64,000 bases of DNA from an uncultured virus (IMG/VR IMGVR_UViG_3300010885_008506) (IMGVR_UViG_3300010885_008506:1-64000); one strand, 5' to 3'; shown: positions 30,071-38,146, counted from the first letter of the stretch. Numbers and translations: made by a program. The notes: a model not told the origin generated them from the sequence alone.

Positions 30071-30370
30071 TTAGATTCCTAGATATCTTTTGAGATTAGC
30101 ATGCGACGGTACCATAATAACTGTACCGTTAACAAAATCTGATATAGGATCACGTAGGTCGTTAGGATTACGCATAGCAAATACCCACCATAGTTTTGGT
30201 GTTTCGTATAAGTCGTTACTCAGTAGGTCTGGACGAAAGTTATACACCGGATCAATTTCATACGGAACATCTTCTACAGATGCTGGTATGGGTCTAGGTG
30301 TTATTAGATCTAGTGTTCCCTGAACTTGCTGAGTGCTATACCAAGGACTGGTCTTACTATACTTGGCCAT
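30071..30370 (-). CDS. Baseplate wedge gp53/LysM-like small protein
   Basis: 99 aa; YNFRPDLLSNDLYETPKLWWVFAMRN...GTVIMVP pattern. Confidence 0.7.
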   Translation of the reverse strand: MAKYSKTSPWYSTQQVQGTLDLITPRPIPASVEDVPYEIDPVYNFRPDLLSNDLYETPKLWWVFAMRNPNDLRDPISDFVNGTVIMVPSHANLKRYLGI

Positions 30371-31209
30371 TAGAAGAATCCTTTACCTATCAGTTCGCCA
30401 TTAATAAATTTAGTGGTAGAATAATCTGCACTGATCAAATCTGATCTTGCATATGCTGGAACTAGCGTCACGCCAATGGTCATCTCTGTGGGAACCATAC
30501 TTGGTGGTATAGCAAATCCCGCTGTGTCTCTATTCTGTAGTCCTGCACTGTCCGACGTCATGTCTGTGCGAACATAGTCTACTTCTGTTGGATAGTCTAG
30601 GTTCAACTGTTGAACCACTACGGGTAGTTCTTTAACTCCACCTTCACCCAAATATGTTAATTTAAGAATGGGCGGTGGGCGTCCAACACGGGTAGCATCT
30701 CCCTCAAAGTTATGTCCTTTTGTGGAACTCTTTAAGAAGTGCAGTACAGCGTACAGATAATTTGCTTCGGCAATATTTGTTGCCGTAAACAATCCGCTAA
30801 TAGTTATAGTGGACATTTCACTGCTAGAATATGCTGGTGTACTAAAGTTAGTCTGCAGAGTTTTGATCATCTCGTAACTAGCTTGATAGTTAACTGTAAA
30901 CTGCGGAGTGTAGGGCCAAATTATTGTGTTTCTTCCGGGCAAGTATTGGAACACACCGTCGGAGTACATGGTCTCGGCGTCGGGCCAACGTAAGCGACAA
31001 CGCCAATCTTGGCTAACTGATGCACTAGCTCGTATAGGACGAATCTTCTTTCGACCAGTCAGTGTTTGTCCTTCCAGTTGGTCTTTAAGGAACCCACTAG
31101 CTAATTCTCTTACTTTTCCGGGCAACTTGTTGATCAGGCTTTTGCCTATCTCTTTGCCCAGAGATTTACCTGTTTGTTTAACAACATTGTTAATTAGGGA
31201 CGCCACCAT
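30370..31209 (-). CDS. Tail tube initiator/baseplate-tube junction protein (gp48/gp54-like)
   Basis: IIWPYTPQFTVNYQASY...ITISGLFTA...G.PPPILKL.YLG...LPVVV; start moved to ATG 31209 (AAGGAG 4 nt upstream). Confidence 0.6.
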   Translation of the reverse strand: MVASLINNVVKQTGKSLGKEIGKSLINKLPGKVRELASGFLKDQLEGQTLTGRKKIRPIRASASVSQDWRCRLRWPDAETMYSDGVFQYLPGRNTIIWPYTPQFTVNYQASYEMIKTLQTNFSTPAYSSSEMSTITISGLFTATNIAEANYLYAVLHFLKSSTKGHNFEGDATRVGRPPPILKLTYLGEGGVKELPVVVQQLNLDYPTEVDYVRTDMTSDSAGLQNRDTAGFAIPPSMVPTEMTIGVTLVPAYARSDLISADYSTTKFINGELIGKGFF

Positions 31210-31227
31210 AATACTCCTTGACATCTA

Positions 31228-31235
31228 TATTTATA
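31228..31235 (-). promoter_or_regulatory. T4-type late promoter TATAAATA driving the baseplate operon
   Basis: Exact match at the head of the 31-kb minus-strand structural run. Confidence 0.75.
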
Positions 31236-31292
31236 GTCGCTAAAATAGTCAGATAATTACTATAATTGGCGTTTTTACAACTAAGGAACCAC

Positions 31293-32078
31293 ATGAAGTA
31301 TCTAACAAACAAAGATCTGCTACGCGAAATTCATTTGAGTAAGAACAGCTACTGTTCCTACGTTGCTAAGACCGACTCAACTTACGACCTAATCCTGCCC
31401 AGTGTTGAGCGCATTAATAGGCTAACCATTAGCCAAGCGCGTAAAGCCCGCGCAACTCGTATGGAAGTTGAAGCTAAGGCAACAGGCACACCGATCGAAG
31501 TAGATCCAAAAGATATTGCAGTTACGGATATTGTGTTCCGTATCATGACTTGGGATCATATCCCGCTAAGTCCTGGACGTAAGAAGACCCCAAAGATTAC
31601 TAGTGACCACCACGTAAAGGTAAACTTCCCTCCCTTCCAACACTACAAGCTCACAGATGAAAAGGCACCATTTTGTGTGGGTAAGAGCCATTGGCGTGGT
31701 GACATCGAAAGTGGTCACTATTGCAGGGACAAGGGCAAAATGACAGACAATCTAGCTCGCATGTTCCTCAAGCTTTGCGAGCGTTATAGTAGTCGCAGCA
31801 ACTGGCGTGGATACACTTACGTAGATGAAATGCGTGGGCAAGCACTACTACAGTTGAGCATGATTGGACTACAGTTTGACGAAAGCAAGAGCTCAAATCC
31901 TTTTGCTTACTACACTGCTGCTATTACCAACAGCTTCACACGTATTCTCAATACCGAAAAGCGTAATCAAAACATTCGAGATGACATTCTTGAAATGAAT
32001 AATCTTAACCCCAGCTATACGCGCCAGCTTAACAATGAAGAAGCCATGCGTAAAGCCAGAGATCATGGTGATGAGTAA
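31293..32078 (+). CDS. gp55: Late-transcription sigma factor, T4 gp55-like
   Basis: YLTNKDLL...NWRGYTYVDEM...QFDESKSSNPFAYYTAAITNSFTRILNTEK; followed by gp47 and gp46 homologues. Start at ATG 31293 after AAGGA. Confidence 0.8.
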   Translation: MKYLTNKDLLREIHLSKNSYCSYVAKTDSTYDLILPSVERINRLTISQARKARATRMEVEAKATGTPIEVDPKDIAVTDIVFRIMTWDHIPLSPGRKKTPKITSDHHVKVNFPPFQHYKLTDEKAPFCVGKSHWRGDIESGHYCRDKGKMTDNLARMFLKLCERYSSRSNWRGYTYVDEMRGQALLQLSMIGLQFDESKSSNPFAYYTAAITNSFTRILNTEKRNQNIRDDILEMNNLNPSYTRQLNNEEAMRKARDHGDE

Positions 32079-32099
32079 TAGCATCAGCTAACTATTACT

Positions 32100-33116
32100 A
32101 TGACAAATTTATTCAAACGTGCAGCCGTTTTCACGGATATACACTTTGGAGCCAAGAGCAACAGCACAGTCCATAATGAGGACTGTGCTGCGTTCATCCG
32201 TTGGGCTACTGCTACTGCTAACAAGCGTGGTTGTAATGTAGCCATCATGATGGGCGATTGGCACAACCATCGTGCATCCATTAGTATTACCACACTCAAT
32301 TACAGTCTTGATGCGATTGAACATCTCAGCAAGAACTTTGATCGAGTGTTTTTCATTCCGGGTAATCATGACATTTACTATCGTGACCGTCGTGACGTAA
32401 CATCAGTTGCGTGGGCTCGGCACATGCCTAACATTCATATTATTAACGAAGATTTTTATCAGGAAGGCGATGTTGCTATTGCACCTTGGCTCATCCCCGG
32501 CGACCATGAAAAACTAAAGAAGATTAAAGCCAAATACATGTTTGGTCACTTTGAACTTCCTAGCTTTATGATGAACGCTAAGGTAGCCATGCCCGACCAC
32601 GGTGATGTGCGTATAGAGGACATGCAGCATATCGAAACTGTGTTCAGCGGACACTTTCATATTCGCCAAAAGCGCGCCAATGTGATTTACACCGGCAACG
32701 CCTTCCCCCACAACTACGGTGATGCGTGGGACGACGAGCGTGGTATGATGATATTAGATTGGGGTCAAGAGCCTGAGTTCATTGCATGGCCCGATGCACC
32801 AAAGTATCGTACCATGCCACTGAGTCAGCTATTAGAAAACCCTGCCAAATATCTTGATGCAAGAACTTATATGCGTGTTACACTAGACAAAGATGTCAGC
32901 TACGAAGAGGCCAACTTTGTGAAAGAAACATTCCATGCACAATATGGCTGTAGAGAGATTGGACTTATTGAGGACAAGACTCAACAGGTACAAGTGGATG
33001 CAGGCGCAGAAATCAAGTTCGAAAGTGTGGATCAAATTGTAAGCGAGCAACTGCTGCGTATTCAAAGTGAAGCATATGACTCTGCTTTACTATTGGACAT
33101 TTACAGAAACCTATGA
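32100..33116 (+). CDS. gp47: Recombination nuclease, Mre11/SbcD-like
   Basis: Metallophosphoesterase motifs DIHFG, GDWH, GNHD, GHFE, SGHFH. Confidence 0.9.
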   Translation: MTNLFKRAAVFTDIHFGAKSNSTVHNEDCAAFIRWATATANKRGCNVAIMMGDWHNHRASISITTLNYSLDAIEHLSKNFDRVFFIPGNHDIYYRDRRDVTSVAWARHMPNIHIINEDFYQEGDVAIAPWLIPGDHEKLKKIKAKYMFGHFELPSFMMNAKVAMPDHGDVRIEDMQHIETVFSGHFHIRQKRANVIYTGNAFPHNYGDAWDDERGMMILDWGQEPEFIAWPDAPKYRTMPLSQLLENPAKYLDARTYMRVTLDKDVSYEEANFVKETFHAQYGCREIGLIEDKTQQVQVDAGAEIKFESVDQIVSEQLLRIQSEAYDSALLLDIYRNL

Positions 33117-34888
33117 TTAAGATAACCAATCTAACTGTTAAGAACTTTCTAAGTGTAGGTAATGTTACCCAGGCACTCAAGTTGGATCATGATCAACTGA
33201 TCCTAGTGCTAGGCGAGAACATGGACCTAGGCGGCGACGATGCTGGCTCACGTAACGGTGTAGGCAAGACTACAATTGCCAACGCACTAAGTTATGCTGT
33301 ATACGGACAAGCACTCAGCAACATCAAGAAGGACAACCTAATCAACAAGAGTAATCAAAAGAACATGATTACCAGTGTTGAATGGGAAAGCAATAGTGTG
33401 CTGTATCGTGTGGAACGTGGACGTAAGCCAAACGTGCTACGCTTCTATATTAACAGTAATGAGTATAAGGGTTCTGATACTGAAGTACAGGATGAGTCGC
33501 AAGGTGACAGCAGAGAAACGCAAAAGGCAATCGAGTCTGCGTTTGGTGTAAGTCATACCATGTTCAAGCATATAGTGGCACTGAACACTTATACTGAACC
33601 ATTCCTTACTATGAAGAGTGCAGAGCAGCGGCAGCTAATTGAGGAACTGCTGGGTATTACTCAGTTAGGCATGAAAGCTGATCAGCTTAAGGAACAGAGT
33701 AAGCTAGTTAAGGATCAGATACAGGGCGAAGAGATTCGCATCAAGACTGTGAAAGATAGCAACACACGTATTGGCGAAACTATTCGCAGCTTTGAAATCA
33801 AAAGCTCTGCATGGGAAAGTAAGAAACGTTCCGACCTAGCGGATCTTAACGAAGTACTAACTCAACTTGAAACACTGGACATCAATCGAGAGATTGCGCT
33901 GCATACTGCATGGGAATTCTATCGTGCTTATGCTAATCAACGCTCGCAGCTGGTAAAGCTTAAGTCTGTCTCAGACTCTGCACTTAGCCAAGCCAAGCAA
34001 CGAGTTAAACAAGTTACTGCTCAAATTTCTAAAGCTGCTGCACAAACTTGTCCAACTTGTAGCCAAACTGTGGATGCAGATAAACACGAGCATCTGGTAG
34101 ATCAACTGCGTAAGGATCTCGCCAAACAGGAAAAGGAACAAGCAAGAGCACAAGCTGAGGTAGACAAGTATCAAAAGGAAACTGATGCTATTGGTGTGCT
34201 ACAACAACCTGATGAAACTTTTTATGATACTTCTGCAGAAGCATATCAACATCAAAGCAGTATGCGTAGTATTCAAGAACAAATTGAAACTACTACCAAC
34301 AACGAGAATCCTTATATTGAGCAAATTGAACAACTCAAGACTACAGCATTGCAGGAAGTAGATTATGATTACTTGCAGCAGCTAGCCAAGTTGCGTGACC
34401 ATCAGGAGTTCCTGCTCAAGTTACTAACCAGCAAGGACAGTTTCATTCGCAAGAGCATCATTGACCAAAATCTAAACTATCTTAATCAGCGACTAGGCTT
34501 TTACCTTGCGCAGTTGGGCTTGCCACACAGTGTCAAGTTCCTAAACGATCTCAGTGTAGAGATTACAGAACTCGGACGTGACTTAGATTTTGACAATCTT
34601 TCGAGGGGAGAACGTAATCGCTTGATTTTAGGTATGAGTTGGGCATTCCGTGATGTATGGGAAAGCTTGTACCAAAGCATCAACATTCTATTTGTTGACG
34701 AGTTGATTGACAACGGATTGGATGCTAGTGGTGTAGATAGCGCACTAGGTGTACTCAAGAAGATGACACGAGACAGGCACAAGAGCGTGTTCTTAATCTC
34801 ACACCGCGATGACCTAATAAGTAGAGTCAACAGTGTGCTTAAGGTAATTAAATTAAACGGCTACACAGAGTACAGTGGACTAAATTAA
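33113..34888 (+). CDS. gp46: Recombination ATPase, Rad50/SbcC-like
   Basis: KNFLSVGN, Walker A NGVGKT, coiled coil with CPTC zinc hook, LSRGE signature, Walker B LFVDE, ISH. Confidence 0.9.
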   Translation: MIKITNLTVKNFLSVGNVTQALKLDHDQLILVLGENMDLGGDDAGSRNGVGKTTIANALSYAVYGQALSNIKKDNLINKSNQKNMITSVEWESNSVLYRVERGRKPNVLRFYINSNEYKGSDTEVQDESQGDSRETQKAIESAFGVSHTMFKHIVALNTYTEPFLTMKSAEQRQLIEELLGITQLGMKADQLKEQSKLVKDQIQGEEIRIKTVKDSNTRIGETIRSFEIKSSAWESKKRSDLADLNEVLTQLETLDINREIALHTAWEFYRAYANQRSQLVKLKSVSDSALSQAKQRVKQVTAQISKAAAQTCPTCSQTVDADKHEHLVDQLRKDLAKQEKEQARAQAEVDKYQKETDAIGVLQQPDETFYDTSAEAYQHQSSMRSIQEQIETTTNNENPYIEQIEQLKTTALQEVDYDYLQQLAKLRDHQEFLLKLLTSKDSFIRKSIIDQNLNYLNQRLGFYLAQLGLPHSVKFLNDLSVEITELGRDLDFDNLSRGERNRLILGMSWAFRDVWESLYQSINILFVDELIDNGLDASGVDSALGVLKKMTRDRHKSVFLISHRDDLISRVNSVLKVIKLNGYTEYSGLN

Positions 34889-34889
34889 T

Positions 34890-35108
34890 ATGGAGAACAA
34901 CACAATGACTGAACCTACACAACAAAACACAAATGATGCACTGAAGGCTGCATTCGAAGCTTATCTAGTAGAGAATGACAAGTATTCCGTTAAGGGCGTA
35001 AAGGCTGCTGGTACCAGAGCAAGAAAAGCATTAGCCGATCTAGCTAAACTCTGTAAGGCCCGGCGTACAGAAATACAAAACGAAAAGAACGCCGCTAAAA
35101 CACCTTAA
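34890..35108 (+). CDS. Small basic protein, histone H1-like/Hc1-type DNA-binding candidate
   Basis: KGVKAAGTRARKAL..LAKLCKARRTEIQ motif; the true start may be ATG 34905 after GGAG. Confidence 0.6.
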   Translation: MENNTMTEPTQQNTNDALKAAFEAYLVENDKYSVKGVKAAGTRARKALADLAKLCKARRTEIQNEKNAAKTP

Positions 35109-35114
35109 CACTTT

Positions 35115-35142
35115 AGGGCACTGGCAACAGTGCTCTTTTTTT
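35115..35142 (+). terminator. Rho-independent terminator
   Basis: AGGGCACTG-GCAA-CAGTGCTCT followed by a T run, just after the 34890..35108 stop. Confidence 0.85.
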
Positions 35143-35145
35143 GAC

Positions 35146-35174
35146 TTGACGTTCTGTACATGTTCATGTAACAT
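35146..35174 (+). promoter_or_regulatory. Candidate sigma70-type early promoter
   Basis: TTGACG-N17-TAACAT immediately after the terminator and 5 nt before ATG 35180. Confidence 0.5.
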
Positions 35175-35179
35175 ATGCT

Positions 35180-35398
35180 ATGGCATTTAATCCTAAGATA
35201 TACGTTAAATTTAATAGCACAGAGGACTCTAACCCAGTACTAACTATTTGGAATTGGTGTGAGTCGATGAACATTCAGTTTGATTTCTTAGGATTTGATA
35301 TCAGAGATACACCTGAAACATTTAAACCAGTATCCGTGTCCATCTGGCAAATAACAGACGAGATGGACAACATTGCTTTTCGACTGAGGTGGACATGA
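35180..35398 (+). CDS. Small hypothetical protein, FxLRW C-terminal family (copy 1)
   Basis: 72 aa ending ITDE...FRLRWT; the stop overlaps the next ATG (ATGA). Confidence 0.7.
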   Translation: MAFNPKIYVKFNSTEDSNPVLTIWNWCESMNIQFDFLGFDIRDTPETFKPVSVSIWQITDEMDNIAFRLRWT

Positions 35399-35628
35399 CC
35401 AATATAATTGAAAGGAAAAATAATAGTAAGTTCATCGTGTACGACGATAGCTATCTAAGTGAAAGCGATTGCAAATATACTGTATTACTGTCTCACTTAA
35501 AGTTTTGGGTCAAGAACATTGATGAACTACAAGACTGGTTACAAGCGCACGACTGCACTAAGCAGGGTATGACTGTTAATATACCTGATGACGAACGCAT
35601 GGTACTATTTGCACTGAGATGGTCATGA
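35395..35628 (+). CDS. Small hypothetical protein, FxLRW family (copy 2)
   Basis: Ends IPDD...FALRWS; starts at the ATGA overlap (35395). Confidence 0.7.
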   Translation: MTNIIERKNNSKFIVYDDSYLSESDCKYTVLLSHLKFWVKNIDELQDWLQAHDCTKQGMTVNIPDDERMVLFALRWS

Positions 35629-35819
35629 CTAACATAGCCCGCTTATCTCCCGCCAAACGTACAGAAATGGCTCGGTGGGCTTGCGAAATGGATTTGGAGT
35701 TTAGTATAGACATACTGTATCAAGGATGCAAAAAGTTTCATGATTCTAATGGATATCTAGACCTGTGGCTTATTCCCGATGAAAACAATTACTTAATATT
35801 TACATTGAGGTGGTCATGA
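35625..35819 (+). CDS. Small hypothetical protein, FxLRW family (copy 3)
   Basis: Ends IPDE...FTLRWS; starts at the ATGA overlap (35625). Confidence 0.7.
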   Translation: MTNIARLSPAKRTEMARWACEMDLEFSIDILYQGCKKFHDSNGYLDLWLIPDENNYLIFTLRWS

Positions 35820-36061
35820 ATCAATATCTACGCCGCGCAATCAAGACTACGGACTTTTGGATTGAATGGATCAGTACAGTCTTACTAGTAGTAGGTGTAG
35901 CATTGACTAGCTGGGACGTTACACCATGGAACTTGTGGTTGGGCTTGATTGCTAACGCTGCATGGATCTATATAGGTGCTCGATGGCATCGATGGAGCCT
36001 AATGGTGGTCAGCATCGTAATTTGCAGTTTGTATGTAAGTGGATTAGTTCGCTACTATTAA
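35816..36061 (+). CDS. Small membrane protein (about three TM helices)
   Basis: Three hydrophobic Trp-rich segments; starts at the ATGA overlap (35816). Confidence 0.65.
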   Translation: MNQYLRRAIKTTDFWIEWISTVLLVVGVALTSWDVTPWNLWLGLIANAAWIYIGARWHRWSLMVVSIVICSLYVSGLVRYY

Positions 36062-36711
36062 TAGGCTATAAAGGGATCGGTTATCACAGGCACTAAGTTG
36101 CGGGACATTATGTTACTGCCGCCTATGTCCCACATAACTGCTGTTGATTTTTTCTTTTCCCCTTCAGGACTACGTTTACCGTAATATTTAAATAACTCTA
36201 TCAAAGTTTGATAAAAGTTATACCACATACGCTTGACTTCTTCCGGACCTTGCAACATGGTCTTTGTTTCGCCACTTACAAGGAATTGATGACCTGGTTG
36301 TATTGTGCCCAACTCTAACCACGGCAAATCTAAATGATCAACTAAATCGTCAGCAATTCGTTCCATACGCTTGTTAAGATGCTTGAGTAATTCCATCTCT
36401 ATGTAGATGATGCTTTCGCCATTAATTTTCACACGCCGAGGTGAACTTAGAAATTTAGGTAAATGCGGATTGCTGGGATTACGTTGGCAAAACTTATAAA
36501 AGGTTAGAAAACCCAATGCGGCATTTGTTGGTGACTGACCGTATTCGTTTACAAATACTTTTAATACCATAGTCTGTTCGGCATTAATGTAGACTCTTGC
36601 GTCAGAGCCGCTGTTGAGAAAACGAAATCCTTTTAACGCAGCCCATGCATCTATTTCGTCTATAGTATCATCGTTAAACGGTGCTTCAGTGATGAATTCA
36701 ACGACTCGCAC
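36058..36711 (-). CDS. Protein-kinase-like protein, probable internal head protein
   Basis: FLNSGSDARVY (Gly loop), MVLKVF (beta3 Lys), PHLPKF, YIEMELL (hinge), WDIGGSNIM (DxxxxN catalytic loop), VITDPF. GTG start at 36711 gives MRVVEFITE. Confidence 0.65.
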   Translation of the reverse strand: MRVVEFITEAPFNDDTIDEIDAWAALKGFRFLNSGSDARVYINAEQTMVLKVFVNEYGQSPTNAALGFLTFYKFCQRNPSNPHLPKFLSSPRRVKINGESIIYIEMELLKHLNKRMERIADDLVDHLDLPWLELGTIQPGHQFLVSGETKTMLQGPEEVKRMWYNFYQTLIELFKYYGKRSPEGEKKKSTAVMWDIGGSNIMSRNLVPVITDPFIAY

Positions 36712-37105
36712 GGCGTGACTCAAATATAGCAGGATTCTTCTTAGCATAGTCGCGCATGATCTGTCCTGCTAGACTATTAGCTTCATTTTCGTATTGACTA
36801 CCAGTGACTCCATCGTTGGGCTGTAGTCCACCATCAACTGTGCGATCCTGACGTGCATGCACTAATTCGTGTGCAAGTGTACGCATGATATCAGCAGCAT
36901 GACGGCCAGCAATGTTTACGCGAATATTTTTATCATCTAGGCTGTATCCGCCAAAGCTACCCTGAGCCACTGCATGCTTCTTACTATCAATTAGCACAAT
37001 CTCAGGAGGATGATCTAATCCAATACACTTACACGCATACTCCACAAAACTATCAAGCTTGCTACGTATGTCAGATGATTCAGTTATAAATTCTCTAGAT
37101 CTCAT
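36698..37105 (-). CDS. Zincin-like metallopeptidase, probable internal head protein
   Basis: RTLAHELVHARQ (HExxH) with downstream ENEAN; N-terminus MRSREFITE. Confidence 0.7.
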   Translation of the reverse strand: MRSREFITESSDIRSKLDSFVEYACKCIGLDHPPEIVLIDSKKHAVAQGSFGGYSLDDKNIRVNIAGRHAADIMRTLAHELVHARQDRTVDGGLQPNDGVTGSQYENEANSLAGQIMRDYAKKNPAIFESRRASR

Positions 37106-37169
37106 TTGAATATTATCTCAGGGCTTGGCCAACTGCTAGTTGATCCGCATGCATTACTTATCTCAGTTA

Positions 37170-37650
37170 CCATGATTGGCTTGCGCCAATCAGCTCTGCA
37201 TTCGCTTTAAGTTCGCATTCGCTCACTTAAGCTCACTTGAGCAATTTGTACGTCTAGGATAATGTTACTGTGTAAGAGTAAAAACTTTGTTACTGGGATA
37301 CTTTTCCTAGATTCAGTCATACTTCGCCCTGGTCGGGACAAGGTATGACTAAACGAATTTTTCCTGAGTTCGTACGTCACTGTGTTCAGGAACAGTCCTA
37401 TAGGACAGAGGCGGTTGCCCGATACCTCGTTCTTCCATACTTCGGCGATTAGCGCAACGGGACTTGTATGTACTGAGACACAGAATTATACACACAAGCT
37501 GCGGGTGAATATCTCGTTCAATCAGAGCCGCATCATTCAAAGCTCAACTCGTCATGCCATCCCGTGCATTTGCTAGATGCGTTCCACCTGCGGCCACCAC
37601 GCGAGCAGGATCACCTCGGGATACGGATCGTTCCGCAACTGGGGCTATAA
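37170..37650 (-). ncRNA. Candidate large structured non-coding RNA (~480 nt), family not identified
   Basis: Lies in a 615-nt gap in an otherwise gene-dense genome; about ten helices, two GCAA tetraloops and G-U pairs that work on the minus strand, a loop-loop pseudoknot, and an upstream TATAAGTA element. Ends are approximate. Confidence 0.65.
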
Positions 37651-37660
37651 AATACAGTAA

Positions 37661-37668
37661 TACTTATA
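37661..37668 (-). promoter_or_regulatory. Candidate late promoter variant (TATAAGTA) for the structured RNA
   Basis: One mismatch to TATAAATA, positioned just upstream of the structured region on the minus strand. Confidence 0.4.
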
Positions 37669-37723
37669 AGACCTTGCGTTTAACGTTAAATTTTACGGTA
37701 TACTCGTTTCAGCTATATACTTG

Positions 37724-38146
37724 ATGTGGACATTTCAAGGACAGGAAGTAACGGATCTTCCCGACGATATTGTGGGGTTTGTATACTGTATTACTAACCT
37801 AGCTAACGAGCGAATGTACATTGGCAAAAAGCTAGCTAAGTTTGCTAAAACTACCTACAAAACAGTTAAACTTAAGAACGGAAAGAAGAAACGCAAGAAG
37901 ATACGGGGCAAAGTAGAAAGCGATTGGCGTGACTACTACGGGTCCAGTAATGAACTAACTCGCGATGTTGAAGCACTGGGCAAGGACAAGTTTGCCCGTG
38001 AGATACTGTTCTATTGCCACAGTAAAGCTGAATGCTCTTATGTAGAAGCCCGCGAACAGATCCAGCGACGTGTGTTAGAAAGTGATCAGTTCTATAACGG
38101 GCATATACAAGTACGTGTGCATAAGAAACACATACGTAAATCTTAG
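37724..38146 (+). CDS. Stand-alone GIY-YIG family endonuclease-like protein
   Basis: GFVYCITN...MYIGKK, YYGSS, REIL, conserved-type E (YVEARE) and YN; Lys/Arg-rich insertion KLKNGKKKRKKIRGK; no separate C-terminal DNA-binding domain. Confidence 0.75.
   Translation: MWTFQGQEVTDLPDDIVGFVYCITNLANERMYIGKKLAKFAKTTYKTVKLKNGKKKRKKIRGKVESDWRDYYGSSNELTRDVEALGKDKFAREILFYCHSKAECSYVEAREQIQRRVLESDQFYNGHIQVRVHKKHIRKS

Noticed and set aside
815..30323. Many 60-155 aa plus-strand ORFs antisense to the structural genes
   Set aside because: They lie wholly inside long, motif-supported minus-strand genes and lack RBSs or recognisable motifs; they are expected shadows of codon bias.
37349..37576. Two short ORFs (63 and 64 aa) inside the 37.1-37.7 kb gap
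   Set aside because: No RBS or motifs, they overlap each other on opposite strands, and the region is better explained by RNA structure.
37170..37650. tmRNA, RNase P, tRNA or group I/II intron identity for the structured region
   Set aside because: No tRNA-like acceptor/T-arm ends, no GAGGAAAGUCC-type RNase P core, no group II domain V catalytic-triad hairpin and no interrupted host gene were visible. A covariance-model search is still needed.
37674..37704. TTGCGT...TATACT as a sigma70 promoter for the GIY-YIG gene
   Set aside because: The spacer is 19 nt, outside the usual 16-18, so it is not supportable without TSS data.
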